Made by a program: the position numbers and the translations under genes
Shown: positions 28,772 to 37,282 of the stretch, piece after piece
Layout: every line of letters begins with the position of its first letter
Numbering within the stretch: the stretch's first letter is position 1
DNA from: an uncultured Lentisphaeria bacterium
GTDB taxonomy: Bacteria > Verrucomicrobiota > Lentisphaeria > Victivallales > UBA1829
Assembly: GCA_905211485.1 (NCBI GenBank)
Contig: CAJMAW010000001.1
Span: 254 to 64,253 of the forward strand
Length of the DNA stretch: 64,000 bases
Direction of reading: 5' to 3'
Notes under the pieces: generated by a model
Database searches by the model: none
Told to the model about the DNA's origin: nothing
The model's input: the letters and a program-made list of their open reading frames with translations, nothing else

Positions 28772-30397
28772 ATGCGTGAAGAACAGCAGCAGAAAAACAC
28801 TCTGGATTCGTTGACCGAGCTTTTCGTGAGACGGAATCCCATGCGCTGCGCCTGCGTCACAATGACCGGGAGACAGAAACTCTGTTACGCCGCCGGTTTC
28901 CTCCTTCTTCTCTTCCTTCTGAAATTCCGCTGGGACTGTTTTGTGTTTCTTGTGAGCCTGTTTCTGATGCTCTGCTACGGCGCAGCCGCACTGCTGCGGA
29001 TGGGAGCGGCGCTGTTTTCCCTGGCGGGAAGCGGAGAGGTCCGTTTTGCGCGGGAGGAAACCAGGCGGACTCCCGATGAAGACCTGCCCGTCTATACCCT
29101 TCTTCTCCCGCTCTACCGGGAATCCGCCGTGGCGGAAAAAATTCTGGCGCGGATCGGAAGACTGGATTATCCGAAGGAAAAACTGGATGTGAAACTGCTC
29201 CTGGAAGCGGATGATTCCGAAACGCGCGCCGCACTTCAGAGACGTCCTCTGCCCGTCTGGTGCGAAATCGTGAATGTCCCGGACGGGCGTCCGCGGACCA
29301 AACCGCGCGCCTGCAATTACGGGCTCGCAGCTGCACGGGGGAAATACTGCGTCATTTATGATGCGGAGGACGCTCCTGAACCGGATCAGCTCCGGAAAGC
29401 CGTCCTTGCTTTTGAGAAGGAGGATTCGGACGGCAGACTTCTCTGCGTCCAGGCGAAACTCAATTATTACAATGCGCGCCAGAACTGGCTGACGAAGTTT
29501 TTCACCGTGGAATACAGCACGTATTTTGATCTGACTCTGGGCGGTCTTCAGCGATTCCGTCTTCCCATGCCGCTCGGCGGCACGTCCAATCACTTCAAGA
29601 CGCGCGAACTTCGGGAAATCGGGGGATGGGATCCCTTCAACGTCACGGAAGACTGCGACCTGGGAATCCGGATTTACGAGGACGGCTACCGGACCGTGCT
29701 GCTCGATTCCACCACCTGGGAGGAGGCCAATTCCCGCCTCTGGAACTGGATGCGCCAGCGTTCCCGCTGGGTGAAGGGGTTCATTCAGACGCATCTTGTC
29801 CATTTCAGGCATCCGCTGGAGACGATCCGGAGACTGAGCCTGCGCGGAGCTGCGGGGTGTTACATTCTTGTGGGCGGGTCCGTGCTGATGATGCTGCTGA
29901 ATCTGGTGTACTGGCCGCTGATTTTGCTGTACGGGGTTCTTCTGATTCACGGGATGGCTTCCGGGGAATCGCTGATGTCTTTGATGACGGGGCCGCATAC
30001 GGGGGAGGAACTGTATCGGGGGATTCAGATCGGGAATTTTTCCATCCGTGCGTGGCCGCTGATTTATGCGGGGGAGGGGGAGAATGTGTTTCAGTCGCTG
30101 ATGTCGCAGGTGTTTTTCTGCGGGAGCGTGCTGTTGTTTCTGTCCAATCTGTTTCTTGTGCTGGTGCATCTGGCTGCGTGTCTGCGGAGGAGATTTTATT
30201 TTCTGATACCGTGGGCGCTGCTGATGCCGTTTTACTGGGTTCTGATTTCCATCGGCGCGTGGAAGGGAGCCTGGCAGTTTGTCACGAATCCCTTCTACTG
30301 GGAAAAGACGATTCATGGACTGGATCACGGAACAAAATGGAATGCAATGGGATATACAGGAATAGAACATCATGGAGTCGAACATGCGGAACCTTGA
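28772..30397 (+). CDS. Membrane-embedded family-2 glycosyltransferase, processive beta-glycan-synthase type
   Basis: Two N-terminal and at least four C-terminal TM segments flank a GT-A domain. Motifs are YDAEDAP (DxD), VTEDCDLG (TED) and [10 protein letters not shown] (Q/RxxRW). Confidence 0.88.
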   Translation: MREEQQQKNTLDSLTELFVRRNPMRCACVTMTGRQKLCYAAGFLLLLFLLKFRWDCFVFLVSLFLMLCYGAAALLRMGAALFSLAGSGEVRFAREETRRTPDEDLPVYTLLLPLYRESAVAEKILARIGRLDYPKEKLDVKLLLEADDSETRAALQRRPLPVWCEIVNVPDGRPRTKPRACNYGLAAARGKYCVIYDAEDAPEPDQLRKAVLAFEKEDSDGRLLCVQAKLNYYNARQNWLTKFFTVEYSTYFDLTLGGLQRFRLPMPLGGTSNHFKTRELREIGGWDPFNVTEDCDLGIRIYEDGYRTVLLDSTTWEEANSRLWNWMRQRSRWVKGFIQTHLVHFRHPLETIRRLSLRGAAGCYILVGGSVLMMLLNLVYWPLILLYGVLLIHGMASGESLMSLMTGPHTGEELYRGIQIGNFSIRAWPLIYAGEGENVFQSLMSQVFFCGSVLLFLSNLFLVLVHLAACLRRRFYFLIPWALLMPFYWVLISIGAWKGAWQFVTNPFYWEKTIHGLDHGTKWNAMGYTGIEHHGVEHAEP

Positions 30398-31115
30398 ATC
30401 CGGAGGAAAAAGCCGACCGTTTACATTGATTGAACTGCTTGTGGTGATTGCGATCATTGCACTGCTGGCGGGCATGCTCCTCCCGGCTCTGAGCGCGGCG
30501 AGGGAGAAGGCGCGCCAGACCAGCTGTCTCAACAATCTCAAGCAGCTCTCCATCGGGATACGGACGTACCAGATGGATTACAAGGACAGTTTCCCCTCAT
30601 GGCTTTCGCGTCTGGAACCTGCCTATATCAAGGACGGCAAGCTCTTCGCCTGTCCCTCCGATCCCAAGAAAAATGCCAACGACGACGGAAACTACAGCGA
30701 CAGCACTTGGAAACGCTCCTCCAACCGTCCCCCGGGATCCGACAGCTATGACACCATCGACGCCACCTTCGATTCCCCCGACAACAGTAAAGTCTGCCCC
30801 GCCTACGAACCCCCGAACGAAGATGTCCCCTGGGTCAGCTACATCTATGAATTCTGCGGCGGACTCTGGGCCTGGAGCGAAGGCGATTCCTACAATGAAG
30901 CGGGAGACAAGGTCCCACTGGGGGACGGTTCTTTTCAGAATGTCAAACTCAACGTTCTTCTCGCCCGTCCGGACTGGGCCAGCAAGCTCCCGATGATCCG
31001 CTGCTTCTGGCATGTCCGCAGCGAAAGTGTCCTGGAACCGGTGATGAATGTCTCCAGTCTGGGCAATGTGTTTTACAGCAAATCGGACTGGCAGCAGGGC
31101 ACCTGGTCGCCCTGA
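30372..31115 (+). CDS. Prepilin-type N-terminal cleavage/methylation domain protein (DUF1559-like, divergent C-terminus)
   Basis: [43 protein letters not shown]. Overlaps the GT2 stop by 26 nt (14 nt if the start is ATG 30384). Confidence 0.88.
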   Translation: MESNMRNLESGGKSRPFTLIELLVVIAIIALLAGMLLPALSAAREKARQTSCLNNLKQLSIGIRTYQMDYKDSFPSWLSRLEPAYIKDGKLFACPSDPKKNANDDGNYSDSTWKRSSNRPPGSDSYDTIDATFDSPDNSKVCPAYEPPNEDVPWVSYIYEFCGGLWAWSEGDSYNEAGDKVPLGDGSFQNVKLNVLLARPDWASKLPMIRCFWHVRSESVLEPVMNVSSLGNVFYSKSDWQQGTWSP

Positions 31116-31325
31116 GCCTGAGCCGGGAAACTTTTTATATCAGAGTTGTGTCAAAGTAGATCAAAAGTTTTTTGTTTTTTTGAGATCAAAAGAAGTTATC
31201 CTCCTCCATTGCTTCCCTTGTCTCCCGTCCCGTTCCTTTCCTTCTCCGGAACGCAGTCGGAAAGATCCCGGGAAGAGGGAAAAAAAGAGAGCGGTGACGT
31301 GGGAGAAGAGGCAAGGCTCCTTCGG

Positions 31326-34145
31326 ATGACGATGAAATCAGACAAAATTTTTTCATATACTCTCTTATTCTTATGCGCCCTGTTTTTCCCGGCATTTTCC
31401 CGGGGAGCGGAGGAGTATGAATGGATTTTCCGCGACGCCGTGGGAAAGGAATCCGTGCTTGTTTCCATGCCGCAGTCCGGGGCGGAAGGGGAGGAAGCCG
31501 GAAATGAGAAGAACACTTCATCCGCGGAAGCTGCCGCTGAGGGAACTCCTTCCGGGAATGCTTCTCCGTCGGAGGAGAATTTGTCCGTTGCCTTCCGGAT
31601 GCCGGGGAACGTTCTGCTTTTCCGCCGTGCCGGACGTCTTTCCTTCCGGCATGAGAAAGAGCTTTTTGATTCTTCGCGCTTTTTTATGCGTGTCCGAGTC
31701 TCGGGACCTCTGAAGAAACCACTGAAAGCCTGGATTTTCGCGAAGGACAAGGACGGCAACTGGTATCAGACGGAAAAGGAATACACGCTTGTTCCCGGCG
31801 AATGGCAGACTCTGGAGGCTGTGACGGATCAGGCAGGGCGTCATTTTCTCCCCGTCGGGCACAATGGCGCCTGGAATGGATCCATTGCTTCCGGGGCCTA
31901 TGAGATCGGACTTTCCCTTTACGGAGAGGAAACGGAGTCCGGTCTGACCCTGGAATGTTCCGCGGCCGGATTTTCCGGGAAGAGGAAGCGTCCTCCGCTT
32001 CGGATAGTCCGCTGGGATCTTCCGGAAAAAATTGAGAAGAACCGGACCTTTGAATCGCGTTTCCAACTGAGCCGGGAGTATTTCAATCCCTTTGATCCGG
32101 ATGAGATAGAGGTGAATTATGAGATTGCGCTTCCGGGGAACACTCTTTCTGTCACGGCACCGTTTCATGAAATTTTCCGTCTTCCGGAAGAGTATTTCAA
32201 TCCTTTCCTTTTTCGGTGGAAGGAGATAGCAGCTTCTCTCAAGCTGACGCCCTCCTCCTCTTCTTCTTCAGCGCTTTTCAATCTGCGCTATCCCGCGTAT
32301 TACGGGCAGGATTTTGAAAGGTACCGGCATTTCACTCGGGAAAGCGTGTTTCCTTCCGGCGCGCCGTACTGGGCGTTCCGGATGATTCCGCATCAGAGCG
32401 GTCCGCTCCGTTTGCGTCTGCATGTGCTGGACCGGAGCGGGGAGGAAGCGGAGGAACTTTTTTCCGCATGGCAGGAAGTCCATGTGGAAGATTCCGCTTA
32501 TCCGGGAGTGATCCGGGTCAGCACGGAAAATCCCCGCTTCTATGAATTTTCGGACGGTTCCTTCTTCTATCCCGTCGGGCTGAACATTCACACGAATACG
32601 GACCTCCGGAGCGAATTCAAATTCAACTGGGGCCATCTCCCCGACCGCGGCACCTATGATTACGACGAATACTTTGAAGCCTGCGGCCGCGCCGGGATCA
32701 ATCTGATTGAAATCTGGATGGCTTCCTGGACCTACGCCCTCGAATGGGACAGCGCCAGAACCTATTATTACGGAGTCGGACGCTACAACATGGCGAATGC
32801 CTGGAAGCTGGATCATCTGTTCCGCCTTGCGCGTGACAACGGGATTTATCTCAACCTTGTTCTGGACGCGCACGGCAAGCTTTCCACCGCCAACGATCAG
32901 GAGTGGGAAGACAATCCCTACAACGCGCATGCCGCCTTCGCCGCTGCCAATGGCGGCTTTCTGAAACGCTCCCAGGATTTCTGGGTCCATCCGGATGCTC
33001 AGAGAGCCAATTGGAAACGGAACCGCTACATCCTGGCGCGCTGGGGCGCGGAAGCCAATCTTTACGCCGTGGAATTCTGGAGTGAAGTCAATCTCGTTGC
33101 AGACGGCTGGAACCGATACCGTCAGGGATATATGACCGCCTGGCACCGCAGAGCAGCGCGGGAGGTCCGGGAACTCGATCAAGGCGGACACTTGATGTCC
33201 ACGCACATCTGCGGCGATTCCGGCACCGTCCTGAGCATGCGCCAGCTCGGGATCGAGCCGCCCGAGTTCACCCATATCGCCTGCAACGCCTACCGCGGCA
33301 CGAACGTTCATATCGTCGACCAGCTCCGGAAACACGGGCGGGAGCTCTTCTTTGCTTCCAAGCCCATGATGATCATGGAGTACGGCGGGACAAACTTCGG
33401 GTCCAAGGACAATCAGGTCCGCGCGGACATTCACGGCGGACTCTGGGGCGCTCCGTTTACTTATCAGGCCGGGACTCCTTCGCTCTGGTGGCATGATTTC
33501 GTCCATATCAAAAACATGTATCCGCATTTTCTGGCGTTCTCCAAATTCATGAAAGGCGTGGACCTGCGAGAAGCGGGGAGTGTCCTGAGGGAAGGGCGGA
33601 TCCTTCTGGAGGAAAATGCGCCGCCTTTCACTGTCCCTTCCTGGAATCTGCCTCATGCGGGAACAAGTTCCGGAGGGGGGAAGGAGGACGCTTCTTCCCA
33701 CAGGGGGAACAGCAGGACAGAGGAGGACGGGGGATTCCGGCGCTTTCCGCATCAGTGGCAGCTTTCCTCTCTGCTGAACACCCCTGCTTCCCGCTATTTT
33801 GAACGCCGGATTGCGAGCTGGCTCCCCGCATCGGAGTACATGGATTTCTTTCTGATGCCTCTGGGATCGGACAAGGCGGTCGGCTGGGTGTATGACCGTG
33901 CTCAACTTCTGGTGTATCCAGCGGATCCCGGGGCGGCGCGTCTGTTCAGCGGAGTGCTTCTCCCGCTGGACCTGCCGCTGGAGCCGGGCGATTATCTGCT
34001 GCGTTTTTATGATACGCTGACCGGGGAGCCCGCATCTTCCTGCGTGATCCGTTGTGATGGAGCGCCGCGTCTGCTGAAACTGCCTCCGTTCCGTGTGGAT
34101 CTGGGGGTGAAACTCGATAAACTTCCCGGGGGGGGTGAAGCATGA
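31326..34145 (+). CDS. Secreted putative glycoside hydrolase (DUF5060-like Ig domain plus clan GH-A/GH5-like TIM barrel)
   Basis: Start set at ATG 31326 (MTMKSDKIFSYTLLFLCALFFPAFSRGAEE, signal peptide). FESRFQLSREYFNPFDPDEIEVNYEI is DUF5060-like. The barrel region includes FFYPVGLNIH...INLIEIWMASW. Candidate catalytic Glu residues lie in EFWSEVN and MIMEYGG. Confidence 0.7.
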   Translation: MTMKSDKIFSYTLLFLCALFFPAFSRGAEEYEWIFRDAVGKESVLVSMPQSGAEGEEAGNEKNTSSAEAAAEGTPSGNASPSEENLSVAFRMPGNVLLFRRAGRLSFRHEKELFDSSRFFMRVRVSGPLKKPLKAWIFAKDKDGNWYQTEKEYTLVPGEWQTLEAVTDQAGRHFLPVGHNGAWNGSIASGAYEIGLSLYGEETESGLTLECSAAGFSGKRKRPPLRIVRWDLPEKIEKNRTFESRFQLSREYFNPFDPDEIEVNYEIALPGNTLSVTAPFHEIFRLPEEYFNPFLFRWKEIAASLKLTPSSSSSSALFNLRYPAYYGQDFERYRHFTRESVFPSGAPYWAFRMIPHQSGPLRLRLHVLDRSGEEAEELFSAWQEVHVEDSAYPGVIRVSTENPRFYEFSDGSFFYPVGLNIHTNTDLRSEFKFNWGHLPDRGTYDYDEYFEACGRAGINLIEIWMASWTYALEWDSARTYYYGVGRYNMANAWKLDHLFRLARDNGIYLNLVLDAHGKLSTANDQEWEDNPYNAHAAFAAANGGFLKRSQDFWVHPDAQRANWKRNRYILARWGAEANLYAVEFWSEVNLVADGWNRYRQGYMTAWHRRAAREVRELDQGGHLMSTHICGDSGTVLSMRQLGIEPPEFTHIACNAYRGTNVHIVDQLRKHGRELFFASKPMMIMEYGGTNFGSKDNQVRADIHGGLWGAPFTYQAGTPSLWWHDFVHIKNMYPHFLAFSKFMKGVDLREAGSVLREGRILLEENAPPFTVPSWNLPHAGTSSGGGKEDASSHRGNSRTEEDGGFRRFPHQWQLSSLLNTPASRYFERRIASWLPASEYMDFFLMPLGSDKAVGWVYDRAQLLVYPADPGAARLFSGVLLPLDLPLEPGDYLLRFYDTLTGEPASSCVIRCDGAPRLLKLPPFRVDLGVKLDKLPGGGEA

Positions 34146-36838
34146 TGCCGGCGAAATATTCTGATTCTGATGCTTTGTCCGCATGGAGCCGCATTTTTTC
34201 TTTTCTGCTGCTTCTAGTGTTTTTCAGCGTTTTGGCCTCGGTCTTTTTCAGGGTTTCCGCGGCGGAGACTCCGGGAGACGGCAAGGAGGCTTTTCCCGCG
34301 CAGTCCCGGCAGCCGGAGTCTGAGGAAGGTCCGCCGCCCCTTCTTCCGTCGTCTGGTGAGCCGGGCGGCGTCCGAAGCGGGAAAGACGGCGGGGAGGAGG
34401 CCCCTGCCGCTTTCCCCTCCGCTGTCCCATGGCATTGCGGAGAGGCTCTTTACAGGCTGGAGGTGTTTCTTCCCGCATCCGGCAAAGCCGCGATTGCCGA
34501 CGACCGACGCATCTGCCTTCCCGCCGGATTCGGTCACGGGGTGAAAGTCTATGACGCATCGGGCCTGAAAATGCCTGCACATCAGTACTCCGACGGCGGA
34601 GTTCTTCTTCCTCCAGTAGACCGGGATTCTGTGCTTTATCTTTATTTCGGATTTTCCACCCCCTGCGAGCCGGAATCCATGCCGGACGCGCCTGGGAACG
34701 AAAGGCTGACCCTTTTCCAGAGCGAACAGCGCATGGCTTTGACTCCGGATCAGTGGCGTCCGACGGAAATATCCAAATGCAACGACGCCATCCGCAATAC
34801 CGCCCGTCATTCCAAACCTTGGCAGAAGTGCGACGGGGGAAAAGACTGCCCCCTTCTCCGCAACGTGTTTTCGCGCTGCCGGAATTCCCTGATGCCCTTC
34901 TGCGCCAGGAATGTGGCTTTCCGCGGATTTCATGCGAAGTCGGATCTGTATAAGACACCGTTCCCTTCGACTCTCAGCTGCTGCAAAACCTTTGCCATGC
35001 TTCCCGATTACGCACTTCTCCCGAAGAACCATTTCCCCTGCCGGAAAAATCAGACGGACTCCGCCCTGAGGAATTACTGGAAGGTTCGTGACCGCAACCT
35101 GGCGCAGATTGACCGGATCCGCCGGACCGATCCTGAAGAGGGCCTGGAAGAGACTCTCTTCGACGCTTTCAACGGGAATCCCCGGCGCCTGGAAAGCGGC
35201 CAGATTTTCCTGCCCAAGCGTCCCTTTGACACCGGCTGGCGCTTCACCGTTCTCTTCCGCGGGAATCTCTATGTTCCCGAGAGCGGTGAATATGAATTCA
35301 AAGTCAAGGCGAATTCCACCCGGATTCTGCGCATCGACGGGAAACGCGTGATCCGTTCCTTCGGCGAAACTCCGAACACCGAAATCATCGGGACGGAGGA
35401 ATCTGCCTGCATTCCGCTGGAAAAAGGGATTCATCCCCTGGAACTGGTCTATTGCAAACAGTCGGTGTCGACCTGGATTTCGGCTTCGTGGCGGAAGAAG
35501 GGGGAGGGGGATTTTGAAACGCTGAACGAAGAGAATTTTTCCCCCGCGACTCCGGCGGAACCCCTGTCTCTGAGCTCGCGGACGGGGCTCCGCTATCCGC
35601 TGCTGCTGCGTCATGATAAATACGCTCTGTACACGGGAAAATACGAAAAGTATTCTCTGAACGCCTTTGAATCCGCGGATGTGCCCGGCAATCCGGGAAT
35701 CCGTGCCTGGCGTCTGAACGGGAAGGAATATCCCGGGCAGATGAATGTGGTCGCGCTCAAGGAGGAAGCGGAGAATTCTTCCGCTGCGGGAAAGATGACT
35801 TCCGCTTCTCCGTCTGATGAAAAGGAGATGAAAATACAAAACGCGAACGATAACGGAAATGAAAGTGGAAGCGGGAATGGAAATGGGAATGGCAATGTGC
35901 TGTATGCTCTTCCGGATTCTCCGGATTTCGCGCCGCTTCCGATTTATCTTCCGGAGCGGAGCACGCCCCGGATTCCGGTTCGCCCGGATCTCTCGCTGAA
36001 GATCTGGGCGCCGTATTTTCTGTATGAGGACGAGACGCTGGATTTTTATACGGAAATTCGTTCGCGTCTTCCACTTGCGCTGAATGCGGGATTGAAGGCG
36101 TCGGCGGGAAGGAGCCTGACTTCTTCCCATGATGTGTTGAACCGTCCCCTGCTTCTTGCGGTGCCTTCGCTGCAGCAGGAGCATGTGGACCGTTTTGCGC
36201 AGGATGTGCTTCTGAAGTATCCGATGAAGGTGGACGGGGCGTCTTTCCGTTCGCAGCCTTCTTTTTCGGAATTTTCGCTGTTCATTCCCGGGCTGGAGTT
36301 TGAACGGAGGAAAGTGGCGGTGCTGCCGCTTCGTTTTCTCGGGCGTTTGAACTTTGCTGCAGATGGGTTTTACGATGGGGATATCCGGGTTGTTCCTCTT
36401 CTGCACCGTCCGACCCTGCATGATCTGAGAGCCTGGCAGCTGCCGAAAGCCATTTCCCGCGAATTCAATTCCGTGAAGAAGGTTCTGGTGATTGCCGAGG
36501 ATTTCGGTTCGTTCCGCGAAGATCTGGAAAAGGAACTGGCAAAAGACGCTGTGGCACTGGAATTCCTATCCTGGAAAAGGAGTCCGGCAGAGAGCGGGCG
36601 CGAGAGTCTGGAAAGCCTTCCCTCCCTTTTTGAAGGAATCCGGAAGAGTTCCGCTGATACGGCGCTTCTGATTCCCATGACTCAGTCCCGGCGTAAAACG
36701 GTTTCCATGCGTGATGAAGCGCGGGCGATCGCATTTCTTCTCCAGGCGCTGCGCGAACTTTCTTCTGTGCGTTCGATCAAGCTTGCGCCGCCGCTGCCCT
36801 CCCATCCTGATTTCGCGGATCCCGTTTCGGATGAATAA
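34142..36838 (+). CDS. Membrane-anchored or secreted PA14-domain protein with C-terminal SGNH-like region
   Basis: ATGA overlap with the upstream gene. N-terminal anchor IFSFLLLLVFFSVLASVFF. The PA14-like block is FTVLFRGNLYVPESGEYEFKVKANSTRILRIDGKRVI...HPLELVYCKQSVSTWISASWRKKG. The C-terminal region VLVIAEDFGS...ALLIPMTQS is reminiscent of the SGNH fold. Confidence 0.75.
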   Translation: MMPAKYSDSDALSAWSRIFSFLLLLVFFSVLASVFFRVSAAETPGDGKEAFPAQSRQPESEEGPPPLLPSSGEPGGVRSGKDGGEEAPAAFPSAVPWHCGEALYRLEVFLPASGKAAIADDRRICLPAGFGHGVKVYDASGLKMPAHQYSDGGVLLPPVDRDSVLYLYFGFSTPCEPESMPDAPGNERLTLFQSEQRMALTPDQWRPTEISKCNDAIRNTARHSKPWQKCDGGKDCPLLRNVFSRCRNSLMPFCARNVAFRGFHAKSDLYKTPFPSTLSCCKTFAMLPDYALLPKNHFPCRKNQTDSALRNYWKVRDRNLAQIDRIRRTDPEEGLEETLFDAFNGNPRRLESGQIFLPKRPFDTGWRFTVLFRGNLYVPESGEYEFKVKANSTRILRIDGKRVIRSFGETPNTEIIGTEESACIPLEKGIHPLELVYCKQSVSTWISASWRKKGEGDFETLNEENFSPATPAEPLSLSSRTGLRYPLLLRHDKYALYTGKYEKYSLNAFESADVPGNPGIRAWRLNGKEYPGQMNVVALKEEAENSSAAGKMTSASPSDEKEMKIQNANDNGNESGSGNGNGNGNVLYALPDSPDFAPLPIYLPERSTPRIPVRPDLSLKIWAPYFLYEDETLDFYTEIRSRLPLALNAGLKASAGRSLTSSHDVLNRPLLLAVPSLQQEHVDRFAQDVLLKYPMKVDGASFRSQPSFSEFSLFIPGLEFERRKVAVLPLRFLGRLNFAADGFYDGDIRVVPLLHRPTLHDLRAWQLPKAISREFNSVKKVLVIAEDFGSFREDLEKELAKDAVALEFLSWKRSPAESGRESLESLPSLFEGIRKSSADTALLIPMTQSRRKTVSMRDEARAIAFLLQALRELSSVRSIKLAPPLPSHPDFADPVSDE

Positions 36839-36841
36839 TTT

Positions 36842-37036
36842 GTGTCCCTGCTCCGAGAATACAAACGCGAGTATGGTGTGGACTTTCTGGAACTGAATGC
36901 CGATTACCGGAAAATGTCGGATTTTTCGTCTGCCTATGGACCGGAGAGACCCGCTCTGCCCGATTCGCTCTTCCCCGCAGGAAAATCACAGGAGATAGCG
37001 GAACTTCTCCATGCCTATCTGCTGAATCGGAGATGA
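36842..37036 (+). CDS. 64-codon ORF in the same frame as the PA14 gene, separated from it by a single TAA; probable C-terminal continuation
   Basis: 36842 minus 34142 equals 2700, which is divisible by 3, so the frames match. The sequence FVSLLREYKREYGVDFLELNADYRKM...DSLFPAGKSQEIAELL looks like the last blocks of an SGNH-type domain. Confidence 0.4.
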   Translation: MSLLREYKREYGVDFLELNADYRKMSDFSSAYGPERPALPDSLFPAGKSQEIAELLHAYLLNRR

Positions 37037-37282
37037 AGTTTTTTTTTGCCGTTGTTGCTCTGGGAAACATCTTTTTGCGTCCGAGCTTTTTCCCCCTTTC
37101 CGAGGGTCTCCGGCCATGTGGGGAAAATATTCTTTCCACTTCTGGCTGCATTGGAAAAAAATGAAAAACAGGCTATATTACAAGCTTGAGGTCTTCCGGA
37201 GCCTGTCGCCGTCTTTCCCGGATCGCGGGAGCTTGTGAGAAAATCCGGAAGGATGGATCAACATACAAGGAAAGCATTTTGC

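Noticed and set aside
28733-36421. Minus-strand ORFs of 606 aa (28733..30553), 638 aa (32268..34184) and 735 aa (34214..36421)
   Set aside because: They are antisense shadows of the GT2, GH-like and PA14 genes. They are extremely Arg/Pro/Gln/His-rich and have no motifs. The plus-strand products carry GT2 catalytic motifs, signal peptides and a PA14-like block.
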